A stretch of DNA of 62,776 bases, filler included, from Rhabdomonas costata (GCA_019059605.1; 38 parts of 38 records of this genome joined end to end with filler, not necessarily neighbours in it); one strand, 5' to 3'. Positions 1 to 12,891 are shown, counted from the whole stretch's first letter. Notes: a model not told the origin generated them from the letters alone. Translations and numbers: made by a program.

Positions 1-209
1 TTTTTTGGGGGTAAGAATCGATTTTGGCGAAGCGGGAGTCAATTCCCCCGTGTCCCACTGACCTTAATGTTCCAGCCTTTTTTCCTTCACTCTTTGGGTG
101 TTGTTGCCTTGCCTTGTATTATCCACTGCTACCCTTGTTGTTCGATTCTAGCGCAAAAGATGCGCTGCGCAATGCAACGATAGAAGTTTTGGGCTATCGC
201 ATTTTAAGA

Positions 210-235
210 GGGTGCTCAAACTTTTAGCGCATGAC
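210..235 (-). mobile_element. Possible Tc1/mariner-like terminal inverted repeat remnant
   Basis: Reverse complement GTCATGCGCTAAAAGTTTGAGCACCC resembles Tc1-type TIR ends. No partner TIR is present in the contig. Confidence 0.25.
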
Positions 236-935
236 AATTCCTTCAAAAATGTTCTTTTAGGGGGCACTGCGACAGTTGCCCTTAAGTCCTTTCAAACAAA
301 CGTTATCTGAAGATTACTGGCACAATTCACGAAACCTCCGTGCCGAGCTCACGGGAAGGTACGCACAAACTTGGACCACATACAAGCATTGGGAAACCTG
401 ATACTTAGGCCATTCGTTCACGCAGTGGGATACCGCCCGATGTTTGCGTTTGTTTGGGTCCGCCTCCTTCCGTCACCCCTCTCTCTTCTCTCCCGCTTTC
501 TCTTGTGCCGCGATGGTCGGCGTTCTGCGAGTCCAACGTTTTTTCAACGGTGAATCTTATACCTTTAAGCCGTGTTAGTTTTTGTGATTGTGGCGAATTG
601 AGCTCAATACAAGTTCTCTACACCAGCACAGGCTCCCAAACCTGAACTTCGGGTCCTGTGTAACTTCATATCTGAGAGAGAGTATATGCTGTTCCTCTGT
701 CTCTTTCTCTTTCGCACAGGGAGTATCTCATAAGAGATGCGCAGAAGGCCAATGTTTTCAGATACGTGGCGTAACTCGGACACTTTGTCCCATGCGCGGA
801 CACAGCTCCATGTGTCGCGCCCGCTTTGCTTTGTTTATCCAACGGCGCACGCTCCGCATCGATGCTGGACCGTCCTCCACTTTCCTATCCCTTTTTTCCC
901 TCCCCCCCTCCCGCAGCTGTTCATAGTGTTTGACT

Positions 936-978
936 GTGGTGGTGGTGATAGTGATGGTGGTGATAGTGGTGGTGGTGT
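936..978 (+). repeat. GGT/GAT/AGT trinucleotide-type microsatellite
   Basis: tggtggtggtgatagtgatggtggtgatagtggtggtggtgt. Confidence 0.85.
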
Positions 979-1554
979 GTGAGTCCTAAGTTCAGTGTTC
1001 GGGGACGTACCCCCATGTACCCCCCAAGTACCTATGTACCGGAATAACTTTCTTTCCCACGCTTTGCCCCATTTGCCCCTTGTTTTGTTTCCCTGCACTG
1101 CGCTTCCTTTGTGCTGCTGTGGTGGGTGGTCAGTGGCTGTTTTGAGGCGAGGGGATTCTGTCCGGGAACATAGCGGTTGGGGTCGATGAAGAAGTGTGGC
1201 AGGCTTTGCTCAGCTTGCATGATGTTCTGGAATTCCAAGGAAGCAATGCTTTGTTTCCTGCTCATTGTTCCCACACGTTATGAATCAAGGTTTTTCCCTA
1301 ATTTTGCGGGCGCACCTCCCTTTTGCAGCTGCACATCTTTTTGCCGTGCCCTTCATTCTACCTCAACCAGAGCTCCTTTCCCAAGCGAGAGTTTTTTCCT
1401 ACAATTATTTTTTTTTGGCCAAAATGACCTTCGCTGAGTCAGGTTGCTGCCTTTTAACCCCCTTTCCTCTTCCTTCAAATACAAAAGTGCGCTGCAGCGA
1501 GACCTCGCGATCGCGAGCATGGGTCAGTTACTGCCTATTTTCTGATTGCTTTAC

Positions 1555-1654
1555 NNNNNNNNNNNNNNNNNNNNNNNNNNNNNNNNNNNNNNNNNNNNTT
1601 AATTAATTAANNNNNNNNNNNNNNNNNNNNNNNNNNNNNNNNNNNNNNNNNNNN
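1555..1654. other. Artificial contig linker (first of 37): N44-TTAATTAATTAA-N44
   Basis: The same 100-nt linker recurs every ~1.65 kb. TTAATTAATTAA gives stops in all six frames, and the flanking contigs are almost all 1547-1558 nt (length-sorted concatenation). Confidence 0.99.
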
Positions 1655-2126
1655 TGATCGCCTTTTGTTTTTCGGACAACAAAAACAAAAAATAAACTGC
1701 TGCGCCGACAGCCCACGGCTTCCCTTTTATGCCGCCACCACGCAATCAAGCACTAGAACACGGGGGGTTTCGCAAGGAACAAGCGGGACATGATATAAAA
1801 AGTTTCGTCGGGAAAGACCTCGATTCCCCATGGCTCCCTGACGGTAAATCCGTTTTCAATGAGCTCGCAGTGATTAAGGGCCGGGGGTGCGAAGACCGAA
1901 AGCGGGCGTTCAAAAAAAAGAAAAACGTAAGCCCCCGAAAAAAAAAGCTCCCTGATCTCTTTCTGTAGTGTAAGCAATGTGGAAAGGGTGAAGATTGGTG
2001 GCGTGGGTGGCTGTAAGACTGAGTGTGCTTTTTACTTTTATTACATGTTGGCCGTTCGAGTTTACCCCCCCTGCACCTCTTTCTTTGGGCGAGGAATGCG
2101 GAAATGAGTGGTGGGGTCCGCCACAC

Positions 2127-2948
2127 CTTGGGGTTGCAGGTCCGCACCACAACTTTCGCGAACTTGGCACGGTCCGCCGGGCTCAGCGACCGCTGCGCCG
2201 CGATGTCCGTCATCGCGCGCTGCAGGCACCGCAGCACCGTGGTCTTGCCTCCACCCGTGGGCCCCACTGTCATCAGCCCGTGCCGCAGCACGGTCACCTG
2301 GGAAGCACACCGACACCGCAGAGGCGGAGACCATAGAACAAAGAAGAGGACTGGCAGACAGGAGGACAGGAGGACAGAAGGAGTGGGGACAAGTCTGTTT
2401 TTGGGGGCAGAGGTCTGATCCGCGGCGCGGGGCAGCGTGCTCGATTTCACGGCTTTGATGAGCGCAATACTCATTTATCTGGAATGCTTTTTTTGTACTT
2501 AAACTTCCAGCGAACACCAGCAAAAGAGCAAAAGGGGTCCAGTATAGAGTGCATGCTCCTTGGATGGACAGAACTATGTCATGAGATAAGGTCAGATAGA
2601 ATTGTGGATGTTTTCTCGGATAATTAAAGAGGGCTGTGCCCGGTTGAGACAGCAACCCCACTTCCTACTACTAGGCAATTTGCTGAGGATAAAAGTCAAT
2701 TGGTTTTGACGTGTGGTGTGTGTTTCAAATCGACTGTGATCTGTGTGTGTGGGAGGGGGGTGCAATGCCTCGTAGAGCTGGATGCACTTCTTGATGAACC
2801 CATCGACGGGCTGCAGGCCCATCTCCGCAATAGCCTTCTCGATGCCCGACATCAGCACCCCGTAGTTCGGCACGGGGACCTTCTTCCCCGGAAACAAGTC
2901 CGAGACGATACCCTCGAAGAGAATGATGTCATCCGCCAGGAACTTCGG
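2127..2948 (-). CDS. Dynein heavy chain (axonemal-type), AAA1 lid to AAA2 Walker A; exons 2948-2769 and 2297-2127
   Basis: PKFLADDIILFEGIVSDLFPG...KCIQLYE|VTVLRHGLMTVGPTGGGKT...NPK. The exons join in phase 0 through a GC-AG intron (2768-2298). Confidence 0.95.
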
Positions 2949-3328
2949 CTGCGCAGGAGAGAAGAGAACGCATCTCCTGACTTGCTGACGGCGCAAAACT
3001 TTGAAGACTTGGAGGGAAGCACAAAGCACAAGCCACGGCACGGAAACCAGATGGAACCTCCTAACAGTGCCAGCAAGCAATGGTTCAACTTGAACCGTTG
3101 CGGAAGCAAACACAGGCAACCTTGTGCATACGTCGGGTGGATTGTATGTAATGAAATCAAGATTGCCTCGCAAGAGGGAGAATTAATTATCTCACAGATG
3201 ACACCAACAAATNNNNNNNNNNNNNNNNNNNNNNNNNNNNNNNNNNNNNNNNNNNNTTAATTAATTAANNNNNNNNNNNNNNNNNNNNNNNNNNNNNNNN
3301 NNNNNNNNNNNNTTACGGGGTTTTTTAG

Positions 3329-4817
3329 GGGCAAACATCGATGGGCAGGACGGTGACGGTGAAACTGCGCTGCACGGTGCCTCCATCACGGGGAAGCTTG
3401 CGGTTCTGATTCGATTGATGCAGTGGAAGGCCTCGGTGGACCTTGCCGACGCCAACGGCCGTACTCCTCTGCACGTCGCGGCGCAAATGCTGCGGCCGAT
3501 TGCCATCCGACTGCTAATGCGCCGCGGGCACGCCCGCACAGGTGCGGGTTTTGAGTGTTTCTGCAGATGATAGGTTTGCTAAAACATGAGGACGCCAGCG
3601 GCTTGCCCCTGCACTTCCTCATTTCTTATTTTCGGTTTGAAGGGTTGATGTATTTTCATCATTTGTGTGTTCCATGTTTGCTGTGTTGTGTGAGTTACTG
3701 CCGGGTGGTTGCGCTCTGGCAGTGGTTCGGAAGCGATCTTTTTTCTGGATGACCTGCTCAGTCCCAGGAACAGGGTCGTCAACTGTGGAGTCAGTTAGGT
3801 TAGCGGCCCTTCCGCCCTGACTGATAAGCCGCACCTGCAGTTGCTCGTGGGAGCATCGCCCTTCTTATCGACCATCAGCGATCGTGGCCGGTTTTGTAGT
3901 CTTCAATGTCTGGCATTGGTGTTTACCGTTTACCCCATCATTTTGATGTGCAGTGTCTTTGTCGCAGATTTCTTGCGTTTGGCATCTTTTGCGCACCTTC
4001 ATTTGTCTCATGCGTGGTGGTGTTGTGTGTGTGTGTGTGTGTGTGTGTTTGGGATCCACATAGAGATCTCTAAACGCGCCAATCGGGGTTCCCAGGCCCC
4101 GCGAACACTGTGGATCGGGGGTCACATGGGGTAAATCAACCCTACGTGGCAAGACAGCGGGACAAGGTACCATGGGCTGACAAGGTGTGACGCCCGATGG
4201 GCCCATGCCCCATCGAAAGGCGGGAGCCCAGGGGGGAAGTGGACCTCGAGTCCTCCCCAGAAAAAACTCATCCTTGCCAAGTGCACCATGTGTGTGTGTT
4301 TGGGATCTTGGAATGCGACCATCTAAACGGGTACGGTTGGGTTCCCTTGTCTGTCTGTCGAATGCCGTTAAGATGCAATTGAGGCGTTCACGGTATTTCA
4401 TGGTGAGAGTGAGTTGTTTCTGAGGCTTTATTTCCGGTGTGCAATAGAGTTGTATCTGTTACTCAGTGACTTTGCGCCTAACATCCCAATGAACGAAGGA
4501 ACAGGCAAACGGCAGCACAAAGGGGCACAAAGCAGTCAAAAGCAGTAGTTTTCCGTTTCCATGACCACTGCGTGTTCTGTGTGTATTTTTCTTAGATTTG
4601 AGGGACGCGCAAGAGCGGCTCGCTCTGGCGTACGGCAACGAAGAGGTGCAGCTGGAGCTGCAGCCGGAGGCGAACTGGCGGCTGCTGGACGGGGTGTGCT
4701 ACCGCCCCCTGCAGTACGTGGAGCAGCTGCTGCGCGAGGGGCTGCCCGAGGGGTCGCGGTACAGGGCCCTCTCCGAGGCCCCGCTGGCCCCGTTCCGCCG
4801 CCCCAACCATACCCATA
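3329..4817 (+). CDS. Ankyrin-repeat protein; exons 3329-3541 and 4596-4817
   Basis: GANIDGQDGDGETALHGA...ADANGRTPLHVAA...ART|DLRDAQERLAL. The GT-AG intron is phase-compatible (phase 1) and the ankyrin consensus continues across it. Confidence 0.85.
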
Positions 4818-7800
4818 GTACGCGCTTCTTCCCTCCCGTCCGTTGTGTCCAAACCTTAGCCAGCCCAGNNNNNNNNNNNNNNNNNNNNNNNNNNNNNNNN
4901 NNNNNNNNNNNNTTAATTAATTAANNNNNNNNNNNNNNNNNNNNNNNNNNNNNNNNNNNNNNNNNNNNGGGTTGGAGGGAAAGAATTGAGTGAAGGGTAC
5001 GGAGGGATACAGAGAGAGAGTTCCCATCATACACACAGCACCACAATGGTGAGGAGCTTCAGCTTCATCCAAGAGGAGTGCGCGCACGAGCAGATGTCAT
5101 TTCCTGCGGTTGTTTCTCTCCGTCCCTTCTGCGAGACGGTTTCTTTTCCCTCTCAAGAGCTCCTTTGCTCAACCGCGAACCGCCTGTGAAGATGGGGGGA
5201 AAGAAGGAAAGACCTTCGCTGTCTGGAGGAGACCCTGAGTCCCTCAGGCGCACACACTTGGAGTGAAAAGAGAACGGGTGTATGTTTTGGGAGGGCACAA
5301 GGAAAGAAAAGGAGAGGGAGGAAGCCCACACACGGCGCGGGAAGGGGAACGGGGCAATCGCTCATCGCTCTGTGGCGGGAAGGAATCCCCGAAGAGACTG
5401 AGGAGACAGCGGAATGGGATTGAGTGAAGAACCCAATCTCTAATGCGGGCACAAAACACAATGAAAAAAGCAGGTAGAAGTAGACTTTCTAGCACAACGG
5501 AAGTAGGAAACCAGGACAACAAGAGTCATGGCGTGCAGATGTTGAAAGCAGGAGAAACTCAAGAGAGGAGAGGAGAAGGGGGTACTGCGAAGGAGAGGTG
5601 GAGGGGAGATCGGAAACTGGCTGAACTACAAAAGACTTTGACAATGGCGGAAGAACACGAAAGGAAACGAAATGACAGGAGTAACCCCAAAACGGGGTGG
5701 CAGGGGGATGGGGGGGGATACGCACACAAGATGGAAGAGGGTGTGGAAGTGTAGAAGTAGGGAGGAAGGGAGGACGACAAGATCGCACCCAGTGAATCAC
5801 CTCTCTCTGCGCCACCAAGCCATCCAAACCCTCAGGGGAAGCAGACCCAACCATATAACATGGGCACACAATTGCGAAGGAGGGCAGGGGAGGTGGTGGG
5901 TTGGCCGCGGTGGAAACCGCGATGAAGGTGGACCCATGGGGCGCAGCACACTGGGAGGGGGTTCCTTTCAAAATTTGGACGTTGAATAGAATTTATGAAC
6001 CGTAAGGTGCAGAAGTAGAAAAGTTCGACCCCCTGATACAGTGGTACTACACACACCTCAACCCTTTAGCGGCCAAACCCGTGGAGCACCAGAAAGTGAT
6101 TAATCTCATTTTTCCAAAGTTTGAAAAAATACACCCTCTTAAACCAATAAAACCGAAAAGGGACATTTGAGTCAAGCATAAGCACCCCTAAGCAAAACTA
6201 ACTCCACCACCGCACTGTCCGGCGCATCAACTGCCGCCCCCCCCGAAAAGAAGCGAGAAACTGGACCAAAAACTTTTCGCCCAGTGTGCTGCTTCCTGCA
6301 CACATTGAGGAAGGCAGAAGAGGAAAAGCAGGGAATTTCACTCTCACTCATCCCCACGGTGAGGATGTGTTGAAGGTGCTTCTTCTTCTGCATATTATTG
6401 CTTCTTGAAGACGTACGTGCACCACAGCTCCAACAGGCACTGAGTGTGCTCCGAGAGCCCCCTCCAGATGTGTGCCCTAGACGCGCTCTTTTCTGTTAAA
6501 AAGGAGCGAAGTACACCACAAANNNNNNNNNNNNNNNNNNNNNNNNNNNNNNNNNNNNNNNNNNNNTTAATTAATTAANNNNNNNNNNNNNNNNNNNNNN
6601 NNNNNNNNNNNNNNNNNNNNNNTGTGGGTGTGTTTGGGGGGGGTGGGCGGAAACACGGTGATCCGTGGGGCCTCGGCAGATGGTCGGCTTGGACCTTGCT
6701 CCTGTTGTCGTGTGTGTGTGTGCATCTGCTCGTGTGGTTTGTGGGGCATGGCAACGATGGTGCGATCCCTCCAGCTCGCACGCGAAAAATTGCCAATACT
6801 CCCAGGATTTATGAAGAGGTCCGCAGTGGTGCAGACGGCACACTGCCCAAATCCCTCTACATGGTTCTCGGTCGACTGTCCTCTGTCTTTGTATTGAAGG
6901 GACCCAACCCCCCCGCTCCAAACCGGCTGGGAGGGCGGCGTGTCGTTCTCTATGCGTCCAAATGGGTCACTCCTCCATGAATGTGTGCCTGTGTGTGGGG
7001 TGCGCTGTGCAACACAGTGAACCCCGTATCACTCTGGCGCTGCGCTCATGCTTCCGAAACTGAACCAAACATTCCTCCGACAGATCGTCGAGCAGTTGCG
7101 GATGTGCCTTTTTTCACCCGTGCAGCACACCCTTCCCAGGTACACTTCAAGTGTTCGGTGTAGACTGCAGCACAAAATTTATTCCACAACCCAGCGTAGC
7201 CTCGCAGCCGTCACTCACGCAGACACGAACCACGCTGACGCAGATGTGGCGCTGGCGGAGCTGCTCCAGCTTCGTCTGGAAGCCCTCGGCGTTGAACGGC
7301 CGGACGGCTACCCCTCCGTTTCCCGCCAGAGTGGGCACCAGGGTGTTCGGCACTCGCAGAGGGGCCGGCCGGGTGGGGTCACCTGCCCACACAGAGATGA
7401 CAGATGAGTAGAGAAGGCAAGGAGGGCAAACCCGTTCCCACCCCCACCCCCATTTCGCTTCCAACCACAAGAAAATGAGGGCGATGGGCTCCTTTTGTAA
7501 ACTGTAAATCTTGTAGATTTCTTGCAGTTATTGTGATTTTCAATTTCTTGTTCATTTATTTTAAAATATTAGCATTTGAAAATAGTAGCATCATATAAGA
7601 AACTAAATCCCACGCAATTATCCGTCAAATCATCATTGATCCAAGATACGCCACTCGAGCTTCCACCTTGGAACAACTCAAGCACCACCGGAGGTTTGTA
7701 CCCAAACGGGCGTTGAAATGCTAGCTGCAGAGCGTGCCGTTCAGCTGGAACCCCTCCCATCGTGCCACATCCGCTCACCAAACACCAACACGTGATATCT

Positions 7801-9075
7801 TTTGCCACCGAGGTGAATCAGCAAAAGACCATAACATTCCATTACACCGTGTAATAATAAAGCTGCTGAGGCCAACTCGATCTGTATCCGGACCACATCA
7901 ACAAACAACCGCGAACGACCGCGGAGTATATGCGCGCTTGGGGGAGGGGGGACCCCGGCCCTGATTGCACGCGATGTTCACCATTTGATCAGCAATCATG
8001 GTGCAGCTCTATTTTCCTGTTCCACACTTTCAAGACACCAAATGTGCAGTTATGCGTTCTGACGACGGTGGAATTGTGCATCCCTTGCTTTAAGCTCTGG
8101 TCATAATTACCAATGACAATCACCGGTGGTCTCCAAGTACAATCGCACCAACCTGAGAATGTTCGGGAACCACCACNNNNNNNNNNNNNNNNNNNNNNNN
8201 NNNNNNNNNNNNNNNNNNNNTTAATTAATTAANNNNNNNNNNNNNNNNNNNNNNNNNNNNNNNNNNNNNNNNNNNNTGTGGTTTGTGTTTCTGGCTTCCG
8301 CCCTCCACCTACCCTACTTCTTTTGCATTGCCTTGTTTGCTTGTTTGCTGCTTTGCGTGGATGCACAGCGACCTCCCCCGGACTCGCATGGCGCAGTTGC
8401 ACCATGTTGAGGTTGCACCTGCTCCCGGGAAGGCATATTCAATTGTCAACTCCCCCCCCCCCCCCCAAAAAAAAAGGTCGACGCTGCATAATCAGCGGTT
8501 AGTCGCCAACCCTAAACAAATAGTACTATCCCTCCTTATCCCTCCTTTCCTCCTTCCATGCCACGCGCACACTCTCTGCTCCATTGCTTGACAGCGCCCG
8601 GGAAGAAGCAGAACCGGCAGGTTGCGGCGGACACTCTGAAGCTCGTGCTGGAGCGCTTGCCGGAGTACGGCATTCTGATGAGGGCTTTCAACAAAGAGAC
8701 CAAGACGGGTATGCGTTTGTGTCATTCATTTTGAGCTCCTTATAGCCGTGATTAATACCACATTGCTGCACAGGGGTGACCCGAACCCCGAGAAGTTGCC
8801 AAGAAGCCCGAGAAGAGTCCACTGAACACCGAAAGACTTCCCCAGCCTAACGCATATTACTGTGTGTGGGGGAACCCTCGTTCTCCTTTTGAATCGAGCG
8901 AACCCACCAGCACCCAAAAGTGTTGTCGTGGGAGTGCGGTCGCAAAGAGCATTTTGGTTTCTGAATTGCCTACGTACTTCTCTCCCCTTCGAGATATTGT
9001 TTTGCTTCAGCATGCACGTGGCGGCCGAGGGTGGCGCCCCTTTCTTAAAGGCTGCTGTGCTTGCATCTCGAAAAT

Positions 9076-9145
9076 TGTACTGTACTGTACTGTACTGTAC
9101 TGTATTGCGTTGCATTGCATTGCATTGCATTGCATTGCATTGCAC
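9076..9145 (+). repeat. Compound pentanucleotide microsatellite (GTACT)n-(ATTGC)n
   Basis: Tandem units are directly visible. Confidence 0.95.
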
Positions 9146-9930
9146 TATCCGTTACTCCACCACTGAGCTGTTTTTGTGACCGAAGAAAATCGCGCCTTAT
9201 GCTGCGCTTTTTCCTGTTCGTGTCGCATGGCTTTCTCGTGAACACTTAGTTACCAAGCCCGCCGATGGCAACGACATCAACCGTTTTGTGCAGCTGCTGC
9301 GGGCGAAGTTCCCGGAGTACGAGGTGGGTGAACTGTCACGAGTGCTTCCTGTTGACATACGCGCACAGCCTTTTTTCGCCCGTTCTTTCTGTTTTGGAAT
9401 GCTTTTTGTTTTTGTGGTTCTTTCTTTTTGGAATGATGCCCGGATTTGCCTTTCAACAAAAAAAGGAGGACGGTTTTATCGCTAGTGCACCCTCATACAT
9501 ACACTCCGTTTCAGCCCCATCCGAAACTGCTTCGAAGTTCCTCATGCACGATACGGTGTTGTGTCTCAGAGGGGCGCCAACCCTGCGACACAGGGGAGAT
9601 TGGCGAGGTGCGAGCGGACAACGAAGGGGGTAAGGCACGTTGGGCTAATACCCCTTGAGAGTGGAGAGCCCAGGGGGTAATTGAGCAGAGAGTTCTTCCC
9701 CTCCCCGAGTGCACAAAGTTTGTGGGCGCATGTCATTTAGTGAGGGAGGGAGTGAATGTGTGTGTATGTTTGTGTGTACGGCGTAAATCTAGTGCGGGAT
9801 CACGCAGACCGCGGACTGTGACCCAACACANNNNNNNNNNNNNNNNNNNNNNNNNNNNNNNNNNNNNNNNNNNNTTAATTAATTAANNNNNNNNNNNNNN
9901 NNNNNNNNNNNNNNNNNNNNNNNNNNNNNN

Positions 9931-10245
9931 TGTGTTACGTGTGTTTGGTTGATGTTGGTATTCCCTCAACGCGATATCTTCCGACAAAAATGCCTCAGGC
10001 ACGCCCGGCGGACATTGTTGAATCTTCTTGTCAGCTTCAGCGTACGGCTGTCTCGCAAGATAGAAGGCTTCTTTCGCAGTGTACCATTTTTGGACAAGGT
10101 GGGCGTTTCCAGCAAACATCAAAATCGAGCATTTGTTTCTGAATTCGTTTGAGGCGTCAACCCATCCGTCGCGGTTAGTGTACTTGAAAAAAGGAGTCAT
10201 GTTTGCTTGTTGAGCTGAAATGAAGAAGTGTTCAAGCGTTGACAA
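9931..10245 (-). CDS. Hypothetical intronless ORF fragment with an AT-rich upstream region (possibly virus-derived)
   Basis: About 100 open codons run to the contig end with no ATG start. An AAAATTGA motif lies about 60 nt upstream. Confidence 0.35.
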
Positions 10246-11792
10246 TGTCGTAATCGTCTGAGTTGTTTTTATTTTATTTTAAAAGTTATTACACATATTA
10301 ATGTTTCAATTTTTATTCTAATAAAGGCCAGATTATCCTGGACAAATGCTCCCTTTCCCCCGACGACATCTCCGAGTCCTCCGACAACAAAAGCTGTGGT
10401 GCGAGTGCGGCTGTGTGCGTGGCCACGGTTTCAGATGGCGGACAACCCATTTGTGGAGCAGCTTTTGGCCTTCAGTGCCCTGAAGGCAGAACCCTTTGCT
10501 TGAGGCCAAGGTCGGTTACAAGGGTTGCCGCATTTTCAATACGATCACCCCACCTTTGTGAAAATTGTGAAAATACCGCACCAAGTTGTGTGTGGCGCAC
10601 AGGGGGAACGTGGAGAATGCCAGGATGTAAGAATAAAGCACTCACAGCTGATGGAACTGAACTCAAAGGTGGCAGCCAGAGATCGTCGAGCGAGTGTCAC
10701 TCCCGGTTTGCCTGGCTCTCTTCTATTCGTATAGGCTCGCCAACATTGGTTGGTGACGAAGACAGCGGCAGTGCTGCTTCGCAACTAATATCATTATTAC
10801 ATGATTTGTGTAATATCATCATAAAATATAATTATATTATGGCGTAATGGCAAAAAAAAATATCCCTTACATCTTGGCCCCCCCCTCCGTACCAATTCAA
10901 TCCAAGTTTCACCTTCGGCTTTTCGCCTGAAGCTATATGGCATCCCAAAGCAAAGTAGTTGAATCCGGAACCCCATTTTTTTTCGCATCCTGAGTTTTCC
11001 TATTTTCTCTCCCACTTCTCTTCTGCAGCGAAGACGGGCTCTGCTGAGGTCACCTCCACCGATGAGCCGGGGTCCTGCTGCTGGGTGGTCCTCTCCTCCG
11101 CCACGGCCTTTCCCGCTCTGGGCCTCAACCCCCGCTCGGTGGCCTCACTCCGAATTTCCGAGCAGGGCGGCCCTGAGGACGGGTGGTGCTACGGTCCCCC
11201 ACGGCGGTTGAGCAAGGGCAACCCGAGAACCCGGCAGCCAGGTTGGCATCCTGGAGACGTTGTGGAGATGACCGCATCAGCTTTTTACTTTGCCCGACAA
11301 AAAGCTGTCGTAACCAAAGCATACTGCAGTGGGACAGTCTGAATTATTCCTTTGCTTCTGTAGCTGTATTTTCCCTTTCCGTGCGCACACATGGCACCAT
11401 TGCACCAATCACAGTCTTTCACATTTTTTTGCATCCCCAATGTTCCGTTGCAAGTCTGAAACTCGAACCCCAAAAAANNNNNNNNNNNNNNNNNNNNNNN
11501 NNNNNNNNNNNNNNNNNNNNNTTAATTAATTAANNNNNNNNNNNNNNNNNNNNNNNNNNNNNNNNNNNNNNNNNNNNAACCAGTGGGTGCATTTGTGCAG
11601 GTGTTTTTTTGTACCCGATTCTGGACGATAGACCGTGCCTTCGGGTGTAATTGTTGTTGCGTAAGTAGATTGTGTGAATACATGATCAACAACTTTTCCC
11701 GGGTTGGGTTTGCCATTGCTTTGTTTCTTCTTCTTTTAGTCCGCGTCGTTTTTTTGGTTGGTGCATTACGGAAATTTGGGGGGGGGGGACAG

Positions 11793-12891
11793 CTGCGGTT
11801 GAACAGTGTCGACTTTGACGACGAGGGGCAGTTCGTGGTCACGTGTGACGATCGCACGGTGCGACTGTACGGCGTCGAGGATGGCAGGTGTGGTCTTGGG
11901 GCGCGTGCAAAAGTCTGCCGTTCCTGTTCAAGCTGGCCAACCTCACTGAATACTCAAGCCTTGCACCGTTCAGAGAGCCGACCAGAACCCCCCAGAGCCA
12001 CGCTTCCCCCCGCAGCGCTCTTTGGAAATGATTCTCACCTTGACGTCTGTGATGTCTGCGTGACCGTCCGTGTGATGTCACTGTGATGTTGTGCATTGGC
12101 GAGGGGATCACTTCTGTTTTTATTGTAATGCCGTTTTGTCGTTTGTCGTTTGCCTTCACTGATGTCCCGGACCATCCTGCAGCACATTTCCATATATCTG
12201 GCTTTTTCTGTCATTTTAGGTTGCGGAATGACGTGCCCTGCCGAAAATATGGAGTTGGCTTGACCCGCTTCACGCACAACCCTGGCAACGTACTGACAAC
12301 CTCAAAAAACGAGTGGGACGGTCTGTTTTTGCGTTCGTATTTGTGTGGGTGTCTGTGGGAAAGGGACATGATACTGGATCTCCCAATCGTTTCGAAATGT
12401 GCCGGAATAGGAAGCAGTGTGGCTCGACCAGTTGACAGGACCGTGACGAAGCTGATCTGATCTGATTCTGTCAAAGAACGATTGGCCAATTCTGATAATG
12501 AGAAATTCTTGCCGAGAAATTCAAGACACAGCAGACACAGTGAGGAGTCGTGTCCACAGCTGGTGTGAGGCTAAGTTAATGGGCGTTCCTCATAGCTTTT
12601 TTAACTGGCTTCCAAATCCTTTCGTCGGTTAATTAAAAGCCCATTGAACGAAAACCTCGTCATTCAAATCAATATTTTTTTACCAATACAAACACTCAAA
12701 CTCAAGGTCACTTGTTGAGTTTGGCAATTGTGAGCTGAGCAACTTTTTTGTCGGGCTTCTGCTGATCTCTCTTTATCGGTATCCCATACCATCCAAATGT
12801 CTGTGGGGATGGCCTGTTTCGTAGATACCATTCGTCACCTCTCCGTCGCTGACAACCGGTTCTTGCAATACCTCATGGGTCACAGGGACAG
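11793..12891 (+). CDS. WDR82: WD40 protein WDR82/Swd2; exons 11793-11887, 12220-12320, 12825-12891
   Basis: RLNSVDFDDEG...DDRTVRLY...RKYGVGLTRFTH...SKNEWD|DTIRHLSVADNRFLQYLMGH matches the WDR82 motifs KKYGV..IRYTH and [21 protein letters not shown]. GT-AG introns are in phase. Confidence 0.9.

Noticed and set aside
24-1554. Most short six-frame ORFs in the track (e.g. those in contig 1)
   Set aside because: They are intronic, low-complexity or antisense shadows of GC-rich exons, with no recognisable motifs.
8368-9323. Multi-exon gene from GC-rich segments at ~8370, 8594-8708 and 9293-9323
   Set aside because: Probably coding, but the phases could not be reconciled and no family was recognised.
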